A model generated the notes under the pieces. The model did no database searches, was not told the DNA's origin, and saw only the letters and a program-made list of their open reading frames with translations. From Trichosphaerium sp. ATCC 40318 (taxonomy: Eukaryota > Protista > Tubulinea), in contig JALMLS010000179.1 in the NCBI GenBank assembly GCA_038496445.1, forward strand, positions 439,608 through 503,607: 64,000 nucleotides of DNA, given 5' to 3'. The position numbers and the translations under genes are program-made. Positions 48,780-61,038 of the stretch are shown in pieces. Positions within the stretch are counted from its first letter, which is position 1. Each line of letters starts with the position of its first letter.

Positions 48780-51669
48780 ATGGGCGCTATCATCAGCTAT
48801 TTCTATAGCCTTGTATTTCCAGTATTCAAACCGCCAGTAGATGGTTAGCATAAAAATACCTTAACCATGTACTAATATTGCTATAGATGATACACCAGAC
48901 AGCGATAACAAAACCAGTGATGTACGTATTTGACAGGCCTATTTCTAGAACCGTACGTTAACAAGCGCTGCAGGAGCCTACTACTACGCCTAAAACTACG
49001 CCAAAAAGCACCGACGACAAACCCTCCAAACCCAACGAAGGGAAAAACGACGAGCCAACGCGAGACCCTGTTACACCTGCTAGTATGTTCGATTTAAAGC
49101 GCGATTTTGTTTGTTTAGTTAGTACTCACTCACACTTACAGAAACAGACAAGAATGAGACAGCGCCAGCACCAGAGAAAACGTACGCCATTTTTGCATCA
49201 AAAAACTAAAAATTAGATTCAAAATAGCCTTTCTGTTCCTAATTCGTCTTAGTAAACCAATACCATCTACAGCAGTAAACGCTGAAGAGAAGAAACCAAA
49301 AGTAGACGAGTACGCATTATTTTTTCGCCAATTGTATTAAAACTATCAAACTTCGCAAAGTCTTCAAATCACGTCTAGTTTAAACCGGTGCTCGCATTCC
49401 TATCAATTATAACTCACGATCATTGTTTTTGTTTTCGAACCGTCATCGACTAATTTCGGCCTCTAGATCCCAGTCTAAAGAAGATACTACACCTAAAGTA
49501 ACACAAGAAACAACAACCAAGCCACAAGCTGAACCTAAACCTGAAATTATCCCAAAACACGTAGATGAGGAAGAAATTCTTCAAAAAGTCCTAGACACTG
49601 AAATTCCTAAAGATGAACCTACTACTATCGCAGCCGCTCAAATCAAACCTGATGTTCTATTAACTCAACCTGCAGTATTAATTGCTTCTCTACCTGTCAC
49701 AATAGCCGAAGAAGACATACTCACAACTGCTCCATGTGTTCTAGAGTCTGATTCTCTTGCTACAATACCTTCATTCGTATTTGAACAAGATATTGAAGAA
49801 GAAGAGCCTGTTCTAGCATCAAAAGCACCTCCTCAAGTTGAAGAACCATCAAAAGTCGCGCCAGCACCTCTTAAAGAAGAAAAAGCGTCCGTAGAAGTAC
49901 AGAAAGACGTTCAACCTATTGTCGTGTCTGAACCTAAAAAAGAAGAACCTGCAAAACCAAAAATCGTACATGGACCACCATCTACTGTACAACACGTACT
50001 CTACTACAACGCCCTCAAATCTCAGAAATTTCCTGTATTGAAGGAACCAAAAAAAGTAGAAGAACCAAAGAAAGCTCCTACACCAGAACCTGTTGAAAAG
50101 AAGGAAGATATCAAACCTGCCTCTGAACCAGTAAAAGAACCTGAAGTAGAAGCGAAGAAACCAGAAGATACAAAACCAGTAGTCAAGCCTTCAACAGTAC
50201 AACATGTTCTATACTACAGCGCGATCGCATCCACAAAATTCCCTAACGCTCCTGTGACCGAGAATAAGGTTCTAACAGACCTTGCTGATGCGCTTGCTGA
50301 GAAGTCAGCAACTCCTGAAAAGAATGAGGTATTGACAGATCTTGCTGATGCTCTTGCCGAGAAGTCTGCTGCTCCCGACACGACGGTTACAGAGAAGGCT
50401 GGAAAGCCTTCTACAGTCCAACATATAACATACTACAACGCACTTAAATCTCAAAAGTTCCCTCAAGCTGTTGCGAAGAAAGAAGTCGTCGAAGAACCTA
50501 AAGTGGAACCAGTCGCAGAAGTATCAGAGGTAGAACCTGTTGTATCAACTCCAGCACCTCAAGCTGCAGTCGAGGAACCAAAACAAGCTGTCGAAGAAGT
50601 AAAACAAACTCCTGCAGTAGCTCCACCATCAACAGTACAACATGTACTCTATTACAGCTCAACTGCTTCAGCGAAGTTCCCAGCTGAAAATATGAAGACT
50701 GAAGAACCAAAGGACACACTCGCCCCTGCAGTAGTTGCCCCTGTAGAATCCCCTGTAGCAGTTGTCGCGCCTGTTGAAGCGCCTGTGGCCATTGCAGCTG
50801 TCGCAGCCGAATCAGAAGTCCTCGCTTCAATTCCAACACCAGAACCAGCAGTTGAAGAACAAAAGAAGCCAGAAGAAAAATCACCTGTCGATGTTCCACC
50901 ATCAACAGTCCAACACGTACTCTACTACAGCTCCACGTCATCAGCGAAATTCCCTGCTGAAACGATGGAAACCCCAACCACTCCAGATGTTGTAGATACA
51001 ATAGAACAGCCTAAAGAAGATGTTATTGTTCCAGTATCACAACCGGCAACGGTTGCTCCAGTAGAGGAGTTAAAGGCTGCAGTTGTATCTCAAGATGTTG
51101 ACAAACTCGCTGCTAGCCCAAGCGCCGAACCTGAAGAACCTGTACAAGAAAAGCAGGCACCACCTAGTACAGTCCAACATGTTGCATACTACAACGCTCT
51201 CAAATCCGTCAAGTATCCAACTGCTCCAGAACCAGAGACAAAATCCCAAGAGGCAAAGAAACCTGTGACTGAAACAGTTGCTTCTCAAGCACCTCCAGCA
51301 GTTGATGATCTAGTCAAACCCGTTGAAGAGAAAACAGTTCCAGTTATCACAGAAGAAACAAAAGAATCGAACAAGGATAATCAAGATACACGCGTGTCTA
51401 CCGTTCAACATACAGTGTATTACGGTGTTACCTCAGCTGCAAAGTTCAAGAACGTTGAAGAGCAAAATACAAAGAAAGAACCAAGCCCAAAAGCGATTGA
51501 AACAAAAGCGCCTGAAACAAAAGTAGCAGCTCCTCCTCAAGAGCAAGCTTCTAACCCAGTTGTTATTTCGAAACCTTCGAAGGCACAACTATTGAATATA
51601 TGGGGTAAAGGAGACTCTATAATTGCGCCAGTAACCGCACCAAAGTTGGTTCCTCTTGATATGTGGTGA
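48780..51669 (+). CDS. Large acidic P/E/K/V/A-rich disordered protein with seven copies of a ~19-aa motif
   Basis: MGAIISYF start, several micro-exons, then a 2.2-kb exon containing PSTVQHVLYY.A..S.KFP seven times. Confidence 0.75.
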
Positions 51670-52491
51670 TAGATTATCTGGAGAAAAAAAAAAATAGAAA
51701 CCCGAAACCAATTAACCCTGTAACTCTTACTTCAAAAAAAAATAATAAAATGTACTTGTTCTCACTATACTTTAGTCTTTATTAATGTTTACATTTCTTT
51801 GAGCGTAAAAAGGATTTTCCTTGTAATTTTTCGAGTTTGTCAACATCTTGAGATACAGCTGCAGCTTTAGCTTGTAGGCGTGCTTGTTTGAATCAAAAAC
51901 ATAGACTGGGTGTCTTTCTGTGGTTGGTTATGTTTTGGTGATGTTGAGCATTTACCTATTTGCTGACGTAATAACTACCTGGGTAACTGACCACGTGAAG
52001 AACAAACAACCGTTCCCAAATATTTATTGTTTTTCAAAGTATTTTGTCCCATTCCACATGTACACTTTTTTCCGTTCTATATCAACTATGTTTACCCATG
52101 GAATTTTCTCAACGAAAGGAACAAGAGAAACAGATGAAGTGAAGAACTTTTTGCCACGTTATCTGAATGTGATTCATGTTGGTTCGGGTAAACGTTTTAA
52201 CACACTTTCTTTAGTTTGACAGTAAAGGTGAATGTTGTAGCTTTGCAAGTTTAAGGATAACCAATCATTTTACTACAATTTTTTTACATAAACCCGATCC
52301 AGCCTTCGGGTACCTGTATTTTCGAATTACTAATAGTAATTGTCCAAACATTCATCGTAAACGCGTAGTATGATACTAGTACGTAAGAACAGACGCCAAA
52401 TTAGACAAAGGGTGCTAGTGACATAAGTCAAACTCGGGTCTTTTTAGGAAAACGACGAAATTTCCATGTTGAAATTAGAAAGTAAAAACCC

Positions 52492-54536
52492 ATGTCAACA
52501 ACATACGAACAACAAGAATTACCTAAATACGAGCTTCTTGAGCTTGGAGATGGCGATCAATCCACCGATTTGACACTATCTGGAATACGAGGCTGTGGGC
52601 TTGCTGCCAAAGACATTGGAGGTATGTAGGGAGGCTAACAGAGCGTTTACTACGCTTTTTTATAGAAATAGGACGTTTTGTTAATTCTATTTTCAGGCAC
52701 TTCCGATCCTTACGTTAAGTTTTGGATTATTGACAAGGTACGTACTAGAATTTGAGGCGTTTAAAATTTATTTCCTGATCAACCACTCCCTTGAGGTGCT
52801 AATGTGGGTTCTCTTAATGTAGAATAAAGCTGATGAGCCGATAAACCTTAAAAAAATGTCAAGTGATATCGAGGTTTCTGGACAAACAAAGTATATTAAG
52901 AAAACTCTCGATCCTGTGTGGAACAATCACTATACATTTACTATGAACAAGGCAATAACAAACAAAGTATTTAAACTAGAGTGCTGGTACGTAACAATGT
53001 TGGAGAAAAAAAATCGTATTGAAGAAAAAAAAGCACCTCGTTTTTTATCACTAGTTGCACGTGTTTGTCTTTGTTTTACATAAAATATTTTTTACTTTGT
53101 ATTATAGTAATAATGTTTGAAAAGGGATAAGGATAAGTTCTCTTCAGATGATTATATGGGTGAAGCAATCCTTGACATTTCAGAGTTTATCAAAGAACGT
53201 TTTGAAAAATTTGATACCTACTCAAATTTGCATGGAGCTCTATCTGGTGGCCATCGACCACCTCCTGTAGTACTCGAGTTAGTTCCGCGTACGGGATACA
53301 AAGGAGAAGTATGTGGAACGATAAGCATTGACTTTCACATTGACATCACGGCGTACAACAAAGCGGCTGTCAAAGAAAGGACGACTATAGCGAAGAATCT
53401 TCAGCTGAAAAATGAAGCAAGAAAGAAGGAACAAGAGCGTCTCAAACAAATCGAAAAAGAAAAACTTGATAAAAAAAAGAAGAAACAAGAAAGAGTTTTT
53501 AATGAATCCTTTGAAGCTGAAAAGAAGAACTTAGATGAAGCATTAGAAAAAGTAAATGAACAAGAAGACTTGTCTTCATTCGACATTAAGTCTTTAATAC
53601 CAAAGAAATGTTCATCTAAAGTACGTGCCAAGCTTGTTAAGGATAACTTCAAAAGGATCATTATCAGATTTAAAGACCCTGTCATTGAAGAATGCAAAAA
53701 GAATAAAGAGGAAGAGAAAATTTGTAAACTTGTGAAGTCGTTCATCAAGTTTTTGACTTCCGATATTAAAGACAATGGTAAAGAGCTCAAAGACGTCATC
53801 ACATCTGAAGACATCGATATTATCATCCAAACTAAGGCCATAGAACTATATGAAAAGAAGATAATATCACGTGCCATGAAATCAAACGGTGTAGCTCTTG
53901 GCGCTCCAACAGAAGAGTTTTTGAAGTCTATATTATGGCCAGGACAGATTGGAGATACGGGTGCTGCTAAAATCAACAGCTGGACTAAAGCTTCGCCTCC
54001 AAGTAACTTCGACTTGGAAGTTACAATCAGCAACTTGACCCATCAGTTTAAACTGATAACAGAATTCCAACAAGAACATGCTGATGTTCTTAAAAAATGG
54101 GGATCTTTCATGATGGCTCTTGACCTCAAATTGCAGACAAAGACAGCTGATATGTTTGCTTCTTGTCCAGAAAGGGCGTGGTCTACGTTTGCTGAACTTG
54201 TTTATAATCTGATACATGGTCCAGCTAAGATACATCAACAAGAGGTTCTCAAAAAGTACGTGTTGTTTCTAACTTTTTGTTGAAATCCCATTTTTTCCTC
54301 TCTTTTTAGTCTTCCGTTGTTTCTAATTTTTTATTTTTGTTAGGTTCTTTACTGGTAGGGATGGATATCTTTTAGTGTCAGGCATAGGCCAAAATATTCG
54401 TAACATGCGCGTGTTGGAACCTGAGAAGAATGTGCACACTTTTAAGTTACTTTATGCTACATATTTTGAATATCTTTCAATACTGTTAAACGGAAACTTG
54501 TATTGTATGATATGCTTTATTCTTTGGATAACTTGA
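52492..54536 (+). CDS. C2-domain protein with coiled-coil/helical C-terminus (3' end approximate)
   Basis: GLAAKDIG/GTSDPYVKF, TKYIKKTLDPVWN, LECW/DKDKFSSDDYMGEA: Ca-binding C2 signature. Confidence 0.8.
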
Positions 54537-54585
54537 CTTTCACAAGCACTTCATGGTGGTGTAAAAGGAGGATATTACATTATTC

Positions 54586-55141
54586 TCACCTTAAAACAAA
54601 CTTGACAGTACAGTTGTCGCCTCCTCCTTGGATTACCAAAACGGTGGATGGCTCGGCTTGACTGTGATTGGATCCAGAATAAGGATTTGAAGTTGTTAGA
54701 ACATACTCTTTTCCTGTTTTCACATCCTTGTACCACGCTTTGGCGAGAGTCACACCAGTCATGAATCCATTACTTTCGCATCCGTAAGCTTCTTCAGTGT
54801 TTGACTTGATATCAGAAGGAGGAAGAATCGAGCTACTCCACACACCTAGAAGTGTAAGAAATGTCGAAGATTGCGTTTTGTAGTTTGTACCTGAGCCACC
54901 TGAGTTATCTTTTGGTTGGGGCGCTTTCACAAGCGTGAGATCGTTTCCTGTCTTATTAACGACAATAACATCAATACTTCGGGTAGCTCTACCATCTCCA
55001 AACAGGTTTTTCTTTAACCTATCCATGAGAGTAGTGCCAATATCGACGGCTATTTAACACGTGCTGTTAGTGTAATAATTTAATAGTTTTGGCGTTACCT
55101 TGCTCAGTCGCGAATGCTATTGCTGCTGCTTTAAATGCCAT
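54586..55141 (-). CDS. Aegerolysin/Cry34(ET79)-like small beta-sandwich protein with N-terminal helix
   Basis: RSIDVIVVNKTG..L/GVW....PP..I......ESNGFMTG.....Y......SNPYSGSN......GGGDN.TV.F.L pattern; first exon MAFKAAAIAFATEQ. Confidence 0.6.
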
Positions 55142-55360
55142 TTATTTCAAATTGATGAGGTGCTTTGTTGGTTGTTGTGGTTATATTATGATACCTTCAA
55201 AAAGTTCACAAGAAAAACGGAAGTGAAGTGTTTAACTGAAAAACAAGCGGTTTTTTGGTACAGTATGATGTAGCCTTGTAATAGTGTTTAAAAAACACAG
55301 GTTTGTCAAGTATTACATTGTTGAAAGGTGACGTGAGAGGCAACTAAAAAAGAACGCTAC

Positions 55361-55797
55361 TGACAAGTGACATGTGAACTTAAAAATAAAATGATGACTT
55401 TTTATCAAAACGTAGTATTACCAATATCACGTGCATTCAAAATACATCTACTTGGAATGTACAAAAGTTTGTAGTTTATAAAACGAATTCTTTTTAAAAC
55501 GAAACCTGGATTGCTCTAGAAATACCGCCAAAAGCTTCAATCCAATCTCGCAGTTTTTTTTGTTTGAAAGAAAACTACAAACAATTTGATACAAAGGACA
55601 ATAGCTGTGTGTACCAGACAGTTCATGATTTAGAACGCCATTATTACAGGTTCTAGATAAGTGCTTGACGTATCTTGTAACTATCCAGAATAATACTACA
55701 TATCTTCTCTATTTGAATGCACGTGACATTGGTAAGGTAATACTACGTTTTGATAAAAAGTCATCATTTCATGGTCAAGTTCTCATGTCACTTGTCA
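55361..55797. mobile_element. MITE-like foldback element (~437 bp, ~84-bp imperfect TIRs)
   Basis: 55361-55444 (TGACAAGTGACATG..ATGATGACTTTTTATCAAAACGTAGTATTACC..CACGTGCATTCAAA) is the reverse complement of 55710-55797; no ORF; TSD unclear (possibly AC). Confidence 0.65.
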
Positions 55798-56999
55798 ACA
55801 AGGTGTTGTTTACAATAATAGTTTATTATCACGATTAAACAGTTACATAAGTAGTACAGTAGTTTTTCAGTAAAATAGTTCATTGAGGTTTTGAGCGGTG
55901 TGTTTTGACAACTTCAAGCCCACAGGAGTAATCAGCTGAGCCGCCACTGTTTTGGTCATTCAAGGAGAATTGGATGTGATGTACTACTTTACCTCACATG
56001 AAGTGGGCTTGTGAAAAACCGAGCAGTCCAAGCCTTTGGATACTATGCTTTTGTTAGTAAGCGACTACACGAATGAAGTATACAGCTAGAAGTGCTTACT
56101 TAGCTGTTTAAACAACTCTTTGTTAGACTAGTGGAGTATATCTGGTATCATTTGACCCTTAGCTTTCTTTCAAGTCAGGACATTACTATTGTTGTCAGAA
56201 ATTGTGATTCTGTGTCAAGATAGGTGCAAACAAAATAATCTGTCGCTTTGTTACCACATTCAATTGTAAATTACCACATCAAAAGAGCTGCGCTAGAGCC
56301 ACTAGACATTGATATGTTGAGATACTGTTAAGAACAAGGGATCTTCTAGCAAGAGGGAGATAACACCGACAGCCTCAAAGCATGGTACAATACCAAAAGG
56401 ACTTGTAGTGTACTTTACTGTACTCCTCTTAACTATGTAACAATCCCTTAATATCAGTTGACACTGCTAAAACTAACTGCTGTTCATTTCCATTATGTAC
56501 TTTTACTTCAGTATAAGCCTAAGCGCAACTGTAGAAAGAAAACACCAGATTCAGAGTAGCTAGCCCGTTAGGAGAAAATTAACTATTTTTCAAGATGCTC
56601 ACTGCCTTCGAATGTTGTGGGTTTGTGGGTTTGTGTTGCATGTAAGAGCAAAGTCAAGTTTCGAGAAGCATCGAACTCGTTTTAATATCTCTTCTAGTAT
56701 CTCAACGGGACAATGTTCCATACAATAACAATTTTAACACAATTTTTAAACTGTGCCTAAGACGGCAAAGCCTGGATAAGTACCTAATTACTAAACGACA
56801 CTGTTGAAGTGATATGAAAAACAAACTCAGCTGATAAGGAAACCATAACTAACGATGACAGCACAAAACTATACGCAACTCTGGGCGGTAACGAAACAAA
56901 CTACTAAGATATTGTAATGTACAACTTTTTGTTTATTTTGTTTTCTTTCTTCCTCATGCGTTTATCTAAAAAATGAGGCTACGCTAGCTAGCATACTTA

Positions 57000-58652
57000 T
57001 TAGTCAATCACAACCAACTTCTCGAACTCCTCAGTATCGATTGCTTTTTGAATCATAAGCCAAGGTGTTAGTTCAACACCATCCAAGAATAAGTTCAACA
57101 TAGCAGGTGAAAAACCGGATACCATTGCTACGCCAGGCTCTTCCTTTGTTACAGGAATAGAGCTAGAATGACGCAAGTTCCAGTAAACGATTTGAGGCAT
57201 ATCGAATCCCATGGCTCTAAACTTAGACTTGATATCTTCGTGGCTTGTTCTGAAGGCACCAGTTTGAGCAGCGTCGAATTCCATGTCACTAAAGACAAAG
57301 ATTGTTTCTGGCATGTCGTCAGCGTCGACTTTTCCGGTCTTGGCGAAATCAAGTAGTAGATCAAACACAGCAGCGAAGTTTGTGTTCATGCCCCAAGGCA
57401 TATTTTTGATAGAGGTAACACGGTCTCTTAGGCTTTTTCCTTGTACTTTGAAGAAAGAAGGAGTACTGTGGAAAGTAATAACGTGATTTTTGAATGGACC
57501 CTCTGTGACCTCGCTCAAGATAAGACCAAGAGCGATAGCTACTTGCATAGGTATACCGCTCATAGATCCAGATACGTCTACGACAGAAAGGCACTTTGGT
57601 AAGTTCGAGGCAGCCTTGATTTTGTTGACTTTGTCGGTCCATTGGAGTTCTAGGGCTTGACCGTCTGCGACATTTCCGGCCAATAGTTTCTCGATGATAA
57701 CATGCGGCAAGATAGCTCCAGATGCGATTGTGGCTGTTCCAGCTTTGACTGCATCCAAGTACGCTTGATAACGCTCTTCGTCGTGTTTAGCGAAGATTTT
57801 TCTGTTATTCGCCATACACACAGAAGGGACACGTGTGTATACGATTTTCTTCCATTGATTCGCAGACATATGTACTTCAGGGACGCATGTGTACTTTCTC
57901 ATTGCCGTGAGCGCTTTACGGTATTTATAGAGGCACGCTGGTTCTACGTAAGGTGCACCTTCTTCTCTTTTCTTTGGCTCAGGACAGTCAGGGAACATGA
58001 GCATAGCGATTTTTTGGGCGAGTTTAAACTTCTTGTCGTGTTTCTTGCCTGGAGAAGGCGCCCATTTGGCGCAAAGTGAGATTTTCGCTTTTTGCTCCAT
58101 TAGGTCGAAGTCCTCCTTGAGTTGTGTGGCGAATAGTTGTACTACAGCTTCGATTACGCGAGGAAAGTTTTTATCGTTTGAAATATCTTCGCCTTCTCCC
58201 TTTAGGGTTTTTCCAGAGCGTTCTGTAGGTTTAAGGAGTAGTTCGAGTAAATCCTTCCAGTAGCCAAACATAGGAACGCATTTGAGGTTGGCGATGAAAG
58301 TGTCTGGGTGAGTAGCCAAGAGCCACGTTAGGCAGGTGTAAAAGCATTTTCGCTCGTTCTTTCCGTTTCTTACATCACGTAGCTGAAATATGAGCTTGAG
58401 TGTATCTAAACGGCATTCATCCCACGATTTCTAATGTTGTAGTTAGTACAAAGTAATTTTACTTCATTTATCATTAAAACAAGTAAAACTGTATATGCGT
58501 ACCTTAACAAGGTCGCAGATTGCGTCTGCTGGTGATGACGGTACAACTTGGAAGAAAAAGTCTACGCGGGCAGAAGATGATGTAGCGTGTGTGAGAGCAC
58601 CATTTTCAGTAACGGTAGTATTGGCAGGAGGTGTTGGCTTTGTGTTAGACAT
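57000..58652 (-). CDS. DUF2828-family protein with C-terminal vWA domain (intron 58431-58502)
   Basis: TENGA......RVDFFF, LKLIFQLRDVRNGK.E, FGYWKDLL, SLCAKWAP, YTRVPS, VDVSGSM (MIDAS), WGMNTNF, FVFSDMEFD, IVYWNLR, VSGFS. Confidence 0.88.
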
Positions 58653-58770
58653 CGCAGTAATAGTGATATTCTAAAGTTTACGAAAACTGGAAATTTCGAT
58701 TTTTTCGTCTTTCTCTACGAATTTTATCTTAACCGCGGGCGTGCTTGCTAGTTCACTTGACACGCTTAGA

Positions 58771-59527
58771 TAGAGGTGGCAAATACCGGTCCGATACCGG
58801 TCCGGTTTCAATATATCGGTTTTCGGTCTGTAACCGGTCCGTGATTTAGAACAAGAGCAGTATGCATTCAGTGAACACCAGTTAGTTGTTTCGTAAGTGG
58901 CTTCTTTTTGAACCACCAGCCACTTTATTTTGAATAAAAGTGGCCTGAAACGCCTTAAAATTGAGAGTTCTACACATAGAGTGGTTGAAAGCCCTCAATC
59001 AGCCCATTTTAACAAAATTACTGTTTAGCGTGGTAAAACAAGGTCACGCTGGCCTAACCGCTACTTTTTTTGTCAAAATGTGCCTGTGGTGATGTTATTT
59101 TGACATTTGGAACAAAATCACGTGCTGTTAGCTACTTTCTACACTTTTGCCCAAACATCTTTTTATCACTTTGTGCCCGTAGAGCAACATATCAAGTGCA
59201 TTACTTACGCGAAAAATAGTATCTTTAGGTATGAAAAAAAAAAAGTGGTGATATTCAAACCTGCCACAAAAAGTGTACAGCCACCTTATGTGCATGCACA
59301 CAGTGAGTAGGTCAATGGGTGGATGCCTCTGAGATTTTGTGACAGGGACCGTTTGGACCGATAAAAATCCAAGGGAGTAGTACCCTTTGACAAAAATTCC
59401 TTTTTCGGCTATTTTTCCGATTTTCCAAGGGTACTCCCTCTGACAGCGGACCGTTTGGACCGTTTACGGACCGGTCTTTTGCGTTTTGGTCCGGAACTGG
59501 TTCGGACCAGTATTTCTGCCATCTCTA
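58771..59527. mobile_element. Non-autonomous hAT-superfamily DNA transposon (757 bp)
   Basis: TIRs TAGAGGTGGCA / TAGAGATGGCA; perfect 8-bp TSD CGCTTAGA (58763-70 and 59528-35); subterminal ACCGG/GGACCG repeats; no transposase ORF. Confidence 0.9.
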
Positions 59528-60075
59528 CGCTTAGAATAGTTATATACACTACTAATACACTATATTATATTGCTTTACAAAGTTTTAATTTCGCTTCATT
59601 TGTACTTCTTCATCAGACTCATACCACTATCATTTTTAGGGCGTATAAACGCGTTTCTGTTTTTGTTTCTCGAAACCAGAATTTGATTTCTTCGGTTTTG
59701 GGTTTGGACGAAGTTTAGCGCTTGTTTTTTCATTGATCTTGTTAATACGATTTGAACCTTATTTCGTGTGTCTTGAGTATAGTTTCCTTTGTGAAGAGCA
59801 ATAATTGAAGTTCCAATGTTTTCTTCATTTTTGATTGAAAGGCTAGTTTGTTTGCTAGCTGTCGAAGTTTCTTTAGTACATCAGTGTGTGCTTTTCTATA
59901 GTGAATATGGTTAGAAACTTGTTCGGTACAGTGAGATGGGTGTGTGGCGTACTCGTTCAAAGGTAAGTTAATTCGCTTACATTCTTCATCACGTGGCGTG
60001 CAATTGTGCCGTCAATACGTCAATCGAATTCTCATAAGCCTTTTGTTGCTATATTTAGTTTTAAAAACTTATTTT

Positions 60076-61038
60076 TTATTTCTTTCTCAGTGGTACAAGC
60101 TTATTTGAAAACCACAAACTGTACATTACATCCACAATAGGTTTATGAAGATAGTTTCCAGTAGTAGAATTGATTAAAAGTAGGTTATTCTCTTGCTTGC
60201 CGTTGTTATTTAGTACAACAGGCTTTAGAACTGCAAAGTGACCAAGCAACTTTAAATGAAGTCAGAACGAAATCTACTTGTAACTAATACGTACATCTAT
60301 GATAAAAGTGATATTCATATCACTTCTCGTATCTATACTGAAGCGTTTTTGCCATTCAGGTGGTGTAAGAAGTACTGTGCCACCTTCCTTTTCATCTTGA
60401 ACTTCAAAAAAGAACCGAAACTTTTCAAAAGGCACCTCCTCTGAAAAGCGCTCCTTCTCTTCATGTTTTAGTGTTTCTACACGTTCTATAAACATAATTG
60501 ATTCATTTTAAATATCAAACCTGGATGTGGCTCCACGTGTCTAATAAATTGGACGTTGGCATTAGGATTTTTGATCATCCAATCCGAGATTTCATAGTTT
60601 GCCACCCAATCGCTTATATAATCTTCTTTTTTTGCTTTATCCATAAATGCTTTCTCATGCTTTTTAACGTATTCATTACGATCACCTTGTATAAATGTCA
60701 TTACCTTAATTAGAAATGAGCTAAGTCAACACAGCAACGTTATTCTTATTTCTCACCTCCTCCACCTTTGGTAGCAACGTTTTCTCATCATTTAGCTTTG
60801 AGAGTACATTATTAACATGCTCAATGGTAGTTTCGGAGGGTATTGTCTCTTTAGAAACCAAATACGCAGTTGCAACTGAAATATACCCGCATGACGCTGA
60901 AGGCGCGCTATGCTTCTTGATGCTATCCTAGTGAGCCAAAAAGGCGGTCTGAAAATGGCAAGCATACATTGGTTTGTATAACGGTCCAAACTGATCAATT
61001 GACTTCAATTCGCGTATGAAACCACCCTGCTTTGCTAG
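60076..61038 (-). CDS. 5'-truncated gene, possible papain-fold cysteine peptidase
   Basis: Exons give IDQF../..SASCGYISVATA../..LLGHFAVLK..LLLINST (Q, C, H, N in order); cut off at the palindrome junction; one frameshift near 60495. Confidence 0.45.

Noticed and set aside
56020-56150. Group I intron-like fragments (GCAGTCCAAG, GCGACTACACG)
   Set aside because: No matching S element or P7 pairing found, and no host gene.
58785-59510. GGACCG/ACCGG repeats as a CRISPR-like array or iterons
   Set aside because: Irregular spacing with no unique spacers; explained as hAT subterminal repeats.
59550-60040. Minus-strand gene between the hAT element and the peptidase-like gene
   Set aside because: Coding-like fragments exist but no consistent start-to-stop spliced model could be built.
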